Numbered from the whole stretch's first letter, positions 49,651-62,532 are shown. The stretch is DNA of 63,961 nucleotides, filler included, from Octopus bimaculoides (GCF_001194135.2; 10 parts of 9 records of this genome joined end to end with filler, not necessarily neighbours in it), one strand, 5' to 3'. Numbers and translations are program-made. The notes: generated from the sequence alone by a model not told the origin.

Positions 49651-50039
49651 TGATACTACAGCCACATTGAGAGGAAAAATGAAAGTGCATGAAGCTTCAA
49701 TAAGCTTGTCTCACATCTACTATCAGTGTGAAAAAATAATAAAATAATACTAAAATAAAACATTAATAAATAAAAAGTGAAATGGCTGCAACTGGGAATT
49801 AAAACTGGTGGAGTCAGCTTTATGAGACAAATTGCTTCTTCTTTATGGTAGCGGTTTGTATTGGGAAGAGAGGAGGAAGTGATGCAAACGAGGAGGAAGA
49901 AAGGAAAAATAAACAGACAATAAAGAAGAGGTAGAAGAGGGAAAAGAGAAAAAGAACTGAAAAATATAGGGTGCAACAAAAATAAACTCATATTCACCAT
50001 TCTTGATAAACATTTCAGTAGCAAAATGCACAATGTATA

Positions 50040-50420
50040 GGCGTAAATAGCTTGCTCACCAACCACATGGTTCCGGGTTCAGTCCCACTGCGTGGCACCT
50101 TGAGCAAGTGTCTTCTACTATAGCCTCGGGCCGACCAAAGCCTTGTGAGTGGATTTGGTAGACGGAAACTGAAAGAAGCCCGTCGTATATATGTATATAT
50201 ATGTATGTGTGTGTATATGTTTGCATGTCTGTGTTTATCCCCCCATCTTCACTTGACAACCGATGCTGGTGTGTTTACGTCCCCGTAACTTAGCGGTTCA
50301 GCAAAAGAGACTGATAGAATAAGTACTAGGCTTCTAAAGAATAGGGTCGATTTGCTCGACTAAAGGTGGTGCTCCAGCATGGCCACAGTCAAATGACTGA
50401 AACAAGTAAAAAAGAAAGAA
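50040..50420 (+). mobile_element. SINE family A, near complete
   Basis: Colinear with 63661-63961 and 1334-1797. Confidence 0.92.
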
Positions 50421-51659
50421 AAAAAATGTATACTGGACGAAACCATAATGGTAACTAAGACAAATAACAATAAAATACTATCTCCATGAAGACATCAAAA
50501 CCACCTGCCTAACTTCACTAGCATTCTCACCAGTGTCTGTCTAAAATATGGGAAGTATTTCTTTTATGTCACACCCTGTATATAATGCTAACAAGTTTAA
50601 CTTGATATGAAATAGATAAATAAATATGCTGAAAACAGAAATTGTGTGAAGTAGCAAGTTTACTTCAACATGTATTTCTGCATGTTTTTCCCAGTAAATA
50701 TTTATTTATTATAAACGGTAAATCGTTGTGATTTTGTGGGTAGAATAAATTGAAATGTGTGAAAAGTAAGTCAGGTTGAAGTAGTTGTTTCCTTCCTTTC
50801 TCTGAGTGGGAGTGTGTGTATGTCGATAGTGATGTGCAAACATTAGCTGTAAGAGTTCAGTCTATTTATTGATGGTTTAGTCAATGATGGAGGGAAGGGG
50901 CAGTACCCTGAGCAGGTTGATATGGTGGCTGTTCATTTTAAACAACTGTTGCAGGAAACATGTGGGTTTAGAAGGAAATTCCAGAAGCCAATAATTTTGT
51001 GGAGGAAGAAGAAATTGACATTGTGGTGGGTGTGAGACATGGAGAAAATAAAGAGACACAAGTGGACTCAAGTAGACTCAGGTGGAGGCATTTGGATACC
51101 CATTAGTTCTGAAGAACAGAAATAGTTGTAGGCATACTTAAAGGAGTAGAGGGAGGAGTAGAAGAGTTCAAAACAGAAACTGAATCAAAATTGTGTTTCT
51201 ATTAAAACATCTTCATTAAAACATCATATGTCACCCTGCCTCTCATCAAATGTAAGGAATTCTTTTTCTTGTTGGGTCTGGATGAAAAAATCATGCCCCC
51301 GTGACTATTCCAGGCCCTCTGGGTCTGATGCGATTGAGCCCTTAGTGTTCCATTTTAACAGGTGCCGAGAGAACAAGGTACTTGCAAACAGTGTTATGTC
51401 TGTATGTCATCTATTTAATAATAACTATGAGATGAAGGACACCAGATGCCATACAACCTACAAAGTTTATAGAATTCCTGAGAAATATTAGTCGAGCACT
51501 GATATGTGAGTTACTGTTGAGTACACAACAACAATAGATACATCACACCATAATGTAGCTGAGGCACACTCAGAAAACAGCTGCACTTACAATTACCAAC
51601 TGCTACTGTTGGTACAGCAACCACGTTGTGTACAATAGTCTTGTTGCCACTACTACTGC

Positions 51660-52060
51660 TGCTGCTACCATGACCACCACCACCACCACTACCATTACCA
51701 CCACCATGCCACCATCACCACCTCCACCAGCAACACCATTACCACCACTACAATTACTACCACTGTTACTACATCTATTACCACCACCACTTCTGCTACC
51801 ACTGTAACCACTACTATTACAATTTCTACTACTTATAATTCTTGATGTAGCAATCCTTTTGCCAGCTGTTTGTCATTTCTAATCTGCCCAGTGGTGGTGG
51901 TGGTGGTGGTGGTGGTGGTGGCGGCGGTGGCGGCGACAGTGGCGGCGGCAGTGNNNNNNNNNNNNNNNNNNNNNNNNNNNNNNNNNNNNNNNNNGTGGCA
52001 GTGGCGGCGGCAGTGGCAGCGACAGTGGTGGCGGCAGTGGCGGCGGCAGTGGCGGCAGTG
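51660..52060. repeat. (ACC)n-rich and (GGT)n/(GGC/GGCAGT)n trinucleotide-type tracts
   Basis: Read directly. Confidence 0.85.
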
Positions 52061-52448
52061 AAGAGGATATTCTCCTGATGCTCCTTGACCAAATTTTAAA
52101 TTTCTGTTCAAGTTATTTTGTTTCACTTGTAAGGCTTAGGGGAAGACAAACCATCTCAATATCCCCTGCTAGCCCCACCTTTGCTGCTCCTATGAAAACT
52201 GGTTGTTTAAAGGTAGTTCTTTTTAAATCGTATAAATTAAAGTTCTTTTCCTCATTCCTGAAAGTCCAAATTCACAAATTTATAGGTTCAAATACTGAAT
52301 ACTATGATATAGCATGCTGTCAGTAAAGTCAAAATATGACATGGTTTGATATTTGGTTGAAGCTAATTCACTTCACCTACGTTGCCAATACTCTTGGGAA
52401 ACTCATGAACATCTCATTATTCTATTTACCTACTTTTGCATATCTCAG

Positions 52449-52476
52449 AACCTTGTTTTGAAGATGTACATGCCAG
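52449..52476 (+). CDS. Candidate exon 3 (EPCFEDVHA)
   Basis: Acceptor TTTACCTACTTTTGCATATCTCAG; donor CAG/GTAAGT; phase 1-2, compatible with 47917-47979. Confidence 0.4.
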
Positions 52477-52501
52477 GTAAGTGATTTCCTCTGAGACCTT
52501 A

Positions 52502-52709
52502 CGAGGAGGTACTGGAAAGTTTCTGGCTTTAAGAGTATTGCAAAAGGCTTGGCTGGAGGCCCAAACTTCTGAGTTCTTTTACAGGCTTAGAAAAACCGCT
52601 CAAGTAAGTGTGTGAATCTGCGAGGAGAATATGTTGTATAAAATCATAATTAACTGATCCTTCTGTATTTTCTTTTACCCAAAACCAGAAACTTTTCAGC
52701 ACCCTTTCA
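52502..52709. mobile_element. Mariner-derived MITE
   Basis: Homologous to 11010-11222. Confidence 0.82.
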
Positions 52710-53721
52710 TCTGTTGAAATTAAAATGATCACAGCATGGAAGACACGTTTTGGTTTCAAATTTTGAAAGATTCACACAGAAACAAAGATTGAGGAAGGAG
52801 AAAGGAGAAAGGAAAAGAAAGAAAAGGGAAGAAATGAAAGAAAAGGGAGGAAAAGAAAGAAAAAGGTGGAGGTGACTAAAGTAGTGGAAGATGGAAGGGA
52901 AGGAGGCAATGTGCTATATCCCAGAACAAGTGGGGTGCTCAGCCACATCCCTTGGTAATGACAGCTATACTCTATTTTCATACTTTCTCTATCACATCTC
53001 AGTCATTAAAACCAGGCGCTACTACCTGCCATACAGGGAACAGAAGATGACTAAATAATAGTCATTAACCAACAAATTTCTTTTTAAGCCAGTCACTGAC
53101 TTCCAATATTCTCAGTCACCAGACTACTACCCTCTTTTATTAAACTCAGATGTTGGTCTCATGCCTGAAGAGAGAACCCTATGAGGTAGAATGTCTATTA
53201 CTAACTGTTCTTTGTGGCAATATTTTTTGCTATCTCATCTATGGGGTGTAGATGAGATAAGTCATTCAACAGATGCTATGGTGTTTGTTTGAGTTGTTAT
53301 TTTGGGGGCTGTTGTTGTCTTTTTTTTTGTGCACATGTATTTTTGAGAAATAAAAATCTTCACAGCATGCTGAAATCAGGGATGAAAGAAAGCAAGAAAT
53401 ATATATGTATATGAGTGTGTGTGTGTGTGTGTATTTGTGTGTGTGTGTATTTGTGTGTGCATGTGTGTGTGTGTGTGTGTGTCTGTGTCTGTGTGCGTGT
53501 GTGCGTGTGTGTGTGCATATGTATACTCATATACGCATACATGAATAGACATGGCTCTGTGATAAAGAAGTTTGCTTCACAACAACATTTTTCAGATTCA
53601 GCCCCACTAGTGTACTTTAAGGTGTTTTCTAATATAGCCTCAGATCAGCCGAAGGCTTCTAAATTGAAACTGAAAGCCTGATATATGTGTGTGTACATAT
53701 ATATATATATATATGTACGTA

Positions 53722-53754
<33 letters not shown>

Positions 53755-53765
53755 CAGTATATATA

Positions 53766-53925
53766 CAGTAATCGCTCAACTATCGTGGGTGTTACATTCT
53801 AAAACCTCCCACAGAAATAATTAAAATATAAAAAATATAAATATCTATGATATAGTAAGTGCATGATAGGTGAACCACGATGTACTAAGTGTGCGATAGG
53901 TGAACTGCAATATGACGAGGGTTTA

Positions 53926-53928
<3 letters not shown>
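53766..53928. mobile_element. Tigger/pogo-like MITE
   Basis: TA-CAGTAATCGCTC start and GAGGGTTTACTG end; internal GATAGGTGAAC duplicated. Confidence 0.6.
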
Positions 53929-53991
<63 letters not shown>

Positions 53992-54091
53992 NNNNNNNNN
54001 NNNNNNNNNNNNNNNNNNNNNNNNNNNNNNNNNNNTTAATTAATTAANNNNNNNNNNNNNNNNNNNNNNNNNNNNNNNNNNNNNNNNNNNN

Positions 54092-54123
<32 letters not shown>

Positions 54124-55805
54124 CAAACACACACACACATACATACACACGCAAGAGAAGGAACGGAAAGGGAGAGAGGGGAGATTGATATTATAGGTGA
54201 AGATAAGGGAAGCAGGATAGAAATGATATCGCGAAAAGCTAGAATTAAAGAATCAAAGAAAAAACAGATCGTTTGGCTGTTGTAGGGTTTGGAGGAGGAG
54301 GAGGAGGAGGAGAAGAAGAAGAAGAAGAAGAAGAGTGCTTTAGGAAACGAATAGAAAAGAGAAAAATTTGAGAAGGTATGCATACACACACACATATTCA
54401 CATGCACCTCCTTTTTCTCATGTATGTATGTACATATGTATGTATATATGTATGTATGCATATTTTAAAAAAATTAAGTAAAGTAATACATAAAAACACT
54501 TTAACAATGACAATAGCAAAGACTTCGAAGTCACTGTCAACCTCTGTAAAAATGTTATATATATATATGTTTGTGTGTGTATGTATGTGTGTGTGTGTGT
54601 GTGTGTGTATGTGTGTGTGTCTGTATAATATATCTCTGGATGTTTACTATATCAGCATTTTAACCCACATGGATCTACGTAGGATTACACCTAAGGACTT
54701 CCGCTCTTGTTCCTACATTGGAAAGTTGAACTATGAACTTTTATGCTTCTGTTTTCGTCTTTCTCTTCATCTCCTTATACCTCTATGTCATCATCTCATT
54801 AATATATACCATTCTCATTTTCCCTATTTGTCTCTGATTACGGTATATCCTATACTCGGAGATATCCCAGAAACAGCTGTAAGAGTTTGAATTTTTTCCA
54901 ATAATAATATTGTATACGACTTGAGATGTTCGCATTGCCTTAATGTTAGTTGTCCTTAATGTTAGTTTCTGAGACAGGAGAGTATAAGAGGAGGTATGTG
55001 TGTGTATGTGTGGGTATGTGCGTAGAGGAATGGTCAGTAGAAAGGTGTTTGACTGGCAGTTTGAAGTATGTGTGTGCGTGTGTATGTATGCGTGTGCATG
55101 TATGTATATGTTGTGTGTGTGTGTGTTTTGTGTGTAGTGAGTGCTTGCGTCTGTGCGTGTGTATGTGTGTATATGTGCGTGTGTGTATGTGTGTGATATA
55201 AATATACATATACATGTTTATATATGTGTGAGTGTATATCTGTATATATTTATCAACATACATACGCACATACATGCACGCACACACAAATATATAACTT
55301 TTTATACAGATAGAGAGATAGGTAGACAGATACATAAACGTGTGTGTGTGTATGATGAATGAGCAAAAACAAGAAACAAGGAAAAGCACAAGAGTGACAA
55401 GTATGTATGTATGTATGTATGTATGTATGTATGTATGTATGTATGTATGTATGTATGTATGTATGTAGCGAGAGAGTGGTGACTGAGACAGAGAGAGAGA
55501 TATATAGAGAGAAAAAAGAGAGAGAAACGGAGAGAATAGAAAGAATGAGCACGCGCCAAGGGATGGGATTAATGACATGTAGATGGTTGTATCAAGTTTA
55601 GGGGGGAAAAGAAAAGAAAAACAGGAAAGAAGGAATCTGTTGGCTCCTGACAAGCAATAAATAGAAGGATAGACGGAGAAACACACACACACACACACAC
55701 ACACANNNNNNNNNNNNNNNNNNNNNNNNNNNNNNNNNNNNNNNNNNNNTTAATTAATTAANNNNNNNNNNNNNNNNNNNNNNNNNNNNNNNNNNNNNNN
55801 NNNNN

Positions 55806-55880
<75 letters not shown>

Positions 55881-56169
55881 ATGTGTGTACATACATATAC
55901 ATACATAGACATACATAAATACATGCGTGTATGGCTATGAGTATGGAGTGTGATTTGTCAAGCCGGAAGACCCGTACGAGATTTGGACACTGAATTCTCT
56001 CTCCTGACTAGCAGGAGAGAGGGAGAAAAGTGAGAGAGAGACAGACAGACAGAGAGAGAGAAAGAAGAGTTTGTTCTCGAAGTAGAAATCTGGCGCGAAT
56101 GCTTGCAACATAGATAACTTCGCTAAAGGTACACCGTATACTAGGTTGTGATGTTAAACTGGAAGACAG

Positions 56170-56410
56170 TTCAGTCTACCACCCGGGTAAGCCATAGTGG
56201 GATTTGAACTGAGAACTCGAAGAACCTGAACAAATACCGCAAGGCATCCTGTAGTTCTGCCAACCCTCTGCCTTGGATTGGTACATTTTTATCGATTCTA
56301 AAAGGGTAAAAGGCAAAGCTGACCTGCGCGTTGAGTATTTGAACTCAACGCGCAGAGAGTCGGACCAGATGTAGTGAAGCAATTTGCTCGATATTCTAAC
56401 GACGCAGCCA
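56170..56410 (-). mobile_element. Two degraded SINE family B-like pieces
   Basis: GGATTTGAACTGAGAAC...AAATACCGCAAGGCAT and AAAAGGCAAAGCTGACC. Confidence 0.65.
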
Positions 56411-56441
56411 AATAAAGGTGAAGCTTTTAATGTGTGTATGT

Positions 56442-56479
<38 letters not shown>

Positions 56480-56895
56480 ATGTGCGTCTGTATGTGTGCC
56501 TGAACTTCATCTCAGTATAATATATATTCGTTCAATATCTACATGTTACTCTCTTCCTCATGTTCTGTCTCTCCTTTCTCTCTTTCATATATATATATAT
56601 ACACACACGCATACACATACATACATACATACATACATACATACGGCCATATATATGTGTGTGCAGGTGTCTATATTTATATATATAGAGAGAGAGATAT
56701 GTATACACACACACATACCTCCACACACGCACACACTCACACACACACATATATATATATGTGTATGTGTGTGTGTATGTATGCATATATGCACTACGTA
56801 CGTATGAACATACGTATATGCATGTTTGCGAGTGTGTATAAATACATACATATATATATATACATACATGCATAAATATACTCACACACACACAT

Positions 56896-56927
<32 letters not shown>

Positions 56928-57079
56928 GCATACATAATTTCCAGAATTCCACAGCTGCTCTGCTTTTATTATACATCCTGCTTTCTTATAAATTATCTTT
57001 CCTCCATCTCAACATTCAATATCATTATTGTTATTTCATATACACGCAACAGATTAAACTGCTACAAACGAAAAATTCC

Positions 57080-58170
57080 TAACATCAGGCTATAACAAGT
57101 AACCTTGGATACCAGGAACCTTCCTAAGTATCTTAGCTGTCCCTAATAACACTGTTATCTGGAACTGCATTCAACTAGGTTTCATGTTCATTTCCTCTAT
57201 ACATCTCTTCAAATCTTTGGGAATAATTCCTAATGCACCTATGACAACAGGAATGCATTTTACCCGAACTTTCCATAGCCAGGTTCTGGTACTTTACAGT
57301 TTTCTCTATACTTCTCATATTGACTTTCTCATCATTTGGGACTGTAAAGTCAATTATCTGGCACATTCTATTCTCTTTGTCTACTACTACTACTACTACT
57401 AAATTAGGGCTTCTAGCTACTATTACTCTGTCAGTCCCACAACATCTTATATCTCTTACTTTCTAGCACTTTCCCAGCTTCATGTTCGTACTATTTATCA
57501 GTATGGTCAAATCCTAGGTTTCTATATAACTCCCAGTGAATTATTCTCCCTAGGTTGTTCATGCCTTTTCCTTCTTCCTTTGATTTGCATAACCTACATT
57601 AAGAATCTCCCTGTTTTTTGTCTATCTTGGCTTTTATCCAATTAGTCCTAAATACTTGATCTTGTACTGCAGCTAACAAACTTTCTGTCTCCATTTTCAG
57701 CCTTCCTGTCTACAACCATAACCATGTCTCGCTATAACTATTTTCTCCAACTATCTTTGTAAATCTACCATTTTGCCAGTCAGACAATCTTGTTTTTTTT
57801 TCTAACTTTTAATTACATTTGGCTTTTTGGTTTCCCTATCTCCTATTGTTACACTAGCAGCTCTTAAAAATTTTAGTAATTATCTACATAGGAGACTATA
57901 TCTACTCTAGTAAAGCCCACGCAATCTTCCACTGATATTAACCCTCTTCCATCTTCCTTTCTAGGTAAGTATAATCCTGCTCTTGGATGAAATCCCCCAT
58001 TCATATTGAATTCCTTTCTAGTTCTTTTGTGTAGATTTGCTAATTCAGATTATTTCCAGTCTACAAATTATGTTGAATATCTTAGTTACAATACTGCCCA
58101 AGTACTTACAACCACCACTAGATTCGCACCATTTAGCTTTGACTTCATTAACTTCCTCACCCCTCTGATG
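57080..58170 (-). mobile_element. Old R4-like LINE 3' third, heavily degraded
   Basis: VRKLMKSKLNG, YLPRKEDGRGLISVED, AAVQDQV, GRIIHWEL, CQIIDFTVPNDEKV, VIGALGIIPKDL. Confidence 0.8.
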
Positions 58171-58178
58171 TACTTACT

Positions 58179-58360
58179 ATTTTACTCTTTTACTTGTTTC
58201 AGTCATTTGACTGCGGCTATGCTGGAGCACCGCCTTTAGTCGAGCGAATCGACCCCAGAACTTATTCTTTGGAAGCCTAGTACTTATTCTATCGGTCTCT
58301 TTTGCCGAACCGCTAAGTTACGGGGACGTAAACACACTACCATCGGTTGTCAAGCGATGT
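58179..58360 (-). mobile_element. SINE family A 3' half
   Basis: TTTACTTGTTTCAGTCATTTGACTGCGGC...CATCGGTTGTCAAGCGATG. Confidence 0.88.
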
Positions 58361-58699
58361 GCAGTAACAATAATATATTTAATTTATCCTCGACAATTTT
58401 TAGTTTTACCAATTTTGAATATATCGCTCCTGTTTAAAACCTCTCACCTACTTGAAAATTGCATTTCTAGCTCTGCCTTAAAGGAAGCTTAACTTCTTGG
58501 ACTCACGTTTTTGTGCACAACGATATTGTTAAACCACCGTATGCAGGTCCTTTCCGTTTTCTTTCACGCACGGATAAATTTTTTTACTATAGACCAGTGG
58601 ATAGACTAAAAAAGCTGTCCCTGTTCCCACTGCAAACGACACACACACAGCATTACAAACACGCCCCGGACACCCACCTTCACATTCCATGATAACCAT

Positions 58700-58900
58700 T
58701 GGGATCGATCAGGTACTGGACAAGGATTCTGAATCATTTTTCCGGTTTTTTTACTCGATTTTTGAGAGCAACCGGGCTAATTTTTAGTATTCTCGTTTGT
58801 GAGAGCATTCAAGTTTATTTCACTTATTCTCATTTTAAAAATCGTTTTCGGTTAATCGTTGAGAGGATGTTGGTGTTGCCTTGGCGCTCTGTGAGTGCTC

Positions 58901-58901
<1 letters not shown>
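58700..58901 (-). mobile_element. 5' part of a non-autonomous element, possibly Helitron/Helentron-like
   Basis: Begins CGAGCACTCACAGAGCGCCAAGGC at the TAA tract; family assignment is from recalled resemblance only. Confidence 0.35.
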
Positions 58902-58983
<82 letters not shown>

Positions 58984-59005
58984 CATTATTTATTATTATT
59001 ATTAT
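58902..59005. repeat. (TTA)n tract
   Basis: Read directly; tail of the adjacent R4-like 3' end. Confidence 0.95.
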
Positions 59006-59242
59006 TCAGTAGTTTTATTTTTATAACGTGCTTTCACTTCACTACCGAGCGCAGCTCTGTGCGCCTTGGGTATGTGCTGTGGTTTGCTGTGGTGCTCTTA
59101 TGTTTACTGTATTGAAAGTGTTTTGCGTAGAATGTGTGCAGTACCCAGTAGTGCAATTTTCTGTATGTTATATATATTTGTAAGTCCTGGTGTTTTTGTT
59201 ATGTATTTGTCTGAATATTTTTTTATTATACCTAAGGCACCT
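59006..59242 (-). mobile_element. R4/Dong-like LINE 3' end
   Basis: Near-identical to 20268-20470 and homologous to 61-300. Confidence 0.9.
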
Positions 59243-59342
59243 NNNNNNNNNNNNNNNNNNNNNNNNNNNNNNNNNNNNNNNNNNNNTTAATTAATTAANN
59301 NNNNNNNNNNNNNNNNNNNNNNNNNNNNNNNNNNNNNNNNNN

Positions 59343-59670
59343 TTTTGAGCGTGGCCGTTGCCAGTACCGCCTGACTGGCTCCTGTAGGATTTTCGAGCGA
59401 GATCGTTGCCAGTGCCCCTGGACTGGCTTGTGCGGGTGGCACATAAAAGACACCATTTCGAGCGTGGCCGTTTTCGTGCGGGTGACACGTAAAAGCACCC
59501 ACTACACTCTCTGAGTGGTTGGCGTTAGGAAGGGCATCCAGCTGTAGAAACTCTGCCAAATCAGACTGGAGCCTGGTGTTGCCATCCGGTTTCACCAGTC
59601 CTCAGTCAAATCGTCCAACCCATGCTAGCATGGAAAGCGGACGTTAAACGATGATGATGATGATGATGAT
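59343..59670 (+). mobile_element. SINE-like family E 3' part
   Basis: Matches 48608-48880 and ends in (GAT)n. Confidence 0.88.
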
Positions 59671-59689
59671 ATATACATATACATAGTGA

Positions 59690-60000
59690 AAGTATTAATA
59701 ATGAAACTATCAAAACTGAAAGTATCATCTCACATTACAGTAGAGATGTTATTGTTTCACTTTTGACACGTAATACTGAAATAGTCTAACAGATAAGAGA
59801 TTGCTCTGGGCTCACATTAGGTAAGAAGTTGAAAATTTTTTTGGCCCATAACACTGCATGGACCCTAAGTAAGGCATTTGTAAGATTTGACTGAAATTGG
59901 TTGGGTAGTTCTCGAGATTTAGTGATGCACACATACAGACACACAGACAGATAGGCACACATTCTCAGTTTTATATATACTAGCAGGTGTACCCGGGGCT
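59690..60000 (+). mobile_element. Putative Helitron-like non-autonomous remnant
   Basis: GAAATTGGTTGGGTAGTTCTCGAGATTTAG...CAGACA run, then TATACTAGCAGG; pattern resemblance only. Confidence 0.3.
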
Positions 60001-60122
60001 GTTTGTTAAGTATGCCTGGTCAGTCTAGTCTCTCACAAAGTAGAGCTGAAGAAACTGAGGCAAGGCAGCATCATGCAGCTGCAGGGAACTAATTCTATGG
60101 TTAATCTGCCCCTGCACTTTAA

Positions 60123-61839
60123 CCCTTTCGTTACTATATTTCTGACCAAAATACACCCCTCATGAGTTTCAATTAAATTCTAAAATAATCATGAATTTAG
60201 ACTAGTCTCATTAAACACCTGTAACTTTTTTATTTATCAACATATTAATGTGATATTTGGAACATAATTGAAGAAAGGGTTCTTAATCAATTCTATTGCA
60301 TAATTTTTGTCTCAAAGTGACTCATTACAGGTAAATCCAGGTAAACTGAGCAAAATGTAAAAATATTTAAATTTTGTTTAAACATTACCATAGAAAATGT
60401 GTCATCAGCTAATATTTAATTGGGTATGCAACAAAATTTTGATATAGAAGACTTGTGCACATCACTAGATTATCAATTGAATTTAATGCACAGAAGAACA
60501 GGTGTACCATAAAGGTAAAATAAACTGAAATACTGGAATTNNNNNNNNNNATTAAATTCTAAAATAATCATGAATTTAGACTAGTCTCATTAAACACCTG
60601 TAACTTTTTTATTTATCAACATATTAATGTGATATTTGGAACATAATTGAAGAAAGGGTTCTTAATCAATTCTATTGCATAATTTTTGTCTCAAAGTGAC
60701 TCATTACAGGTAAATCCAGGTAAACTGAGCAAAATGTAAAAATATTTAAATTTTGTTTAAACATTACCATAGAAAATGTGTCATCAGCTAATATTTAATT
60801 GGGTATGCAACAAAATTTTGATATAGAAGACTTGTGCACATCACTAGATTATCAATTGAATTTAATGCACAGAAGAACAGGTGTACCATAAAGGTAAAAT
60901 AAACTGAAATACTGGAATTTCTTTTTGAAGAAAACTAGAAAATTGAATACAACTAAATGAAATATACTCACACATATACATAAATACACAGGGACATATA
61001 TAATAAAGATTTACAATCAAAACTTGTCACTCACCTTACAGGTAAATTACAATCACAGGTTAATTAAAATTACAAGTAAATTAAAATAAAAAGTAAATTT
61101 GAAAAATATTTATACAATCTTATTATATATATATATATATAAAAAATATTTACACAGTATTTCTATCATGGAAAGTTGTAAAACATCCCACTCTACATAC
61201 TGCAACCTTGCAGAATGCACATTGGAAAGACGTTTCAACTGGCCGTCCACTGGGAGTTTTTCTTTGTTGATGTAGACAATCACGGCACTGCCTTTTGCGA
61301 CCCCCGATTTTTTCTAATTTATGTAGATCAGCTGAACTCAGAGGGAGATCTCTCTGGCAGGCTTTGCTTTTCCTTCCGGCAGTTATTTTTTTGGAGGAAT
61401 AACCTGCCCTCAACTGCGTTGCAACATCTGCTCGGAATTGCAGATGGTCGCACCGCTTGCGAGTCCCTCCTGATTTGGTGTATAATATGACTGTATTTAC
61501 AATGCTCATGTTTACTATATACCAAACCAGGTATCGCCACCATTTATTACCCAGTCTACCAATCGGATAATAACTCATCATCTGGTTCAGCCGATCTACA
61601 CCACCCATGTACCTGTTATAATCAAGGTTCACAAACGGAGTGCCATTTTCATCTACACATGGTTGTACACTGGTAGATAGAAAATTTATCTGCCTCTTAT
61701 CTCTGTATGCGGTTGCTAGCAGATTTCCTTTCTGCCGTTGGATTATTTCACCTCTTTTTTTAAAATTTTGCTCTTTTTATATCCAACGGCAGCCCTTTTC
61801 TACTAGCCATTATTGTAGCACATGTATACATTTCCACAG
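60123..61839 (-). mobile_element. piggyBac-like transposon, 3' half (PGBD4-like transposase C-terminus with Cys-rich domain)
   Basis: TTAA-CCCTTTCG terminus at 60119-60130; DYNRYMGGVDRLNQMMSYY, KWWRYLVWY, CRDC...CAFCKVAVCRVGCF; stop/frameshift near 61780. Confidence 0.92.
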
Positions 61840-61939
61840 NNNNNNNNNNNNNNNNNNNNNNNNNNNNNNNNNNNNNNNNNNNNTTAATTAATTAANNNNN
61901 NNNNNNNNNNNNNNNNNNNNNNNNNNNNNNNNNNNNNNN

Positions 61940-61972
<33 letters not shown>

Positions 61973-62532
61973 CTCTCCAGTTTGCCAGCTCTGGTCAAAC
62001 AGTCCAACCCATGCCAGCATGGAAAACAAACTTTAAACGTGTGTGTGTGTGCAGCTGTGTAGCAAAGAGTTTGCTTTGCAACCACATGGTTGTGGATTCA
62101 CACCTCCTAGGCCAATGAAAGCCTTTTAAGGTGGACTTCTGAGAACAGACCATGTGCTCAGAGCCTGGAAATTTGTTGGTGACACAAGGCACATTATAAA
62201 AAACCTGGCTAGCCACATGTCTCCACAGCAAGAAACTATTAGTAGCTCTTATATTTATCAACTCACTCTCTCTCCCCCGACCTAAAACTTACTGGCTTTG
62301 TGCCAGAATTTGAAACCAATATTTTGTGAGAACATGTCTTGTCATGGGGGAAATATTACTTTGTTTGGCAACAGGTGAGGGTTGGTACAGTAAGGGCATC
62401 CAGCTTTAGAAAATTTGCCTCAGCAAATTCTGACTGTTGCATCCAAAAGTAGACATTAAAATGAGCTTGATGATGATGATGATTGATATATTATATGTAT
62501 TTATTTATTTTTGTCCAATTTTATGTTTGCAG

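Noticed and set aside
50870-51500. Ser/Thr-rich or Gypsy-tail-like coding remnant
   Set aside because: Multiple stops in all frames and no diagnostic motif.
59343-59500. CRISPR-like repeat-spacer pattern
   Set aside because: The units are degenerate tandem repeats inside a retroposon; there are no unique spacers or cas genes, and the context is eukaryotic.
60172-60919. 369-bp direct duplication in the piggyBac 3' region
   Set aside because: Identical copies on either side of a 10-N gap indicate an assembly overlap.
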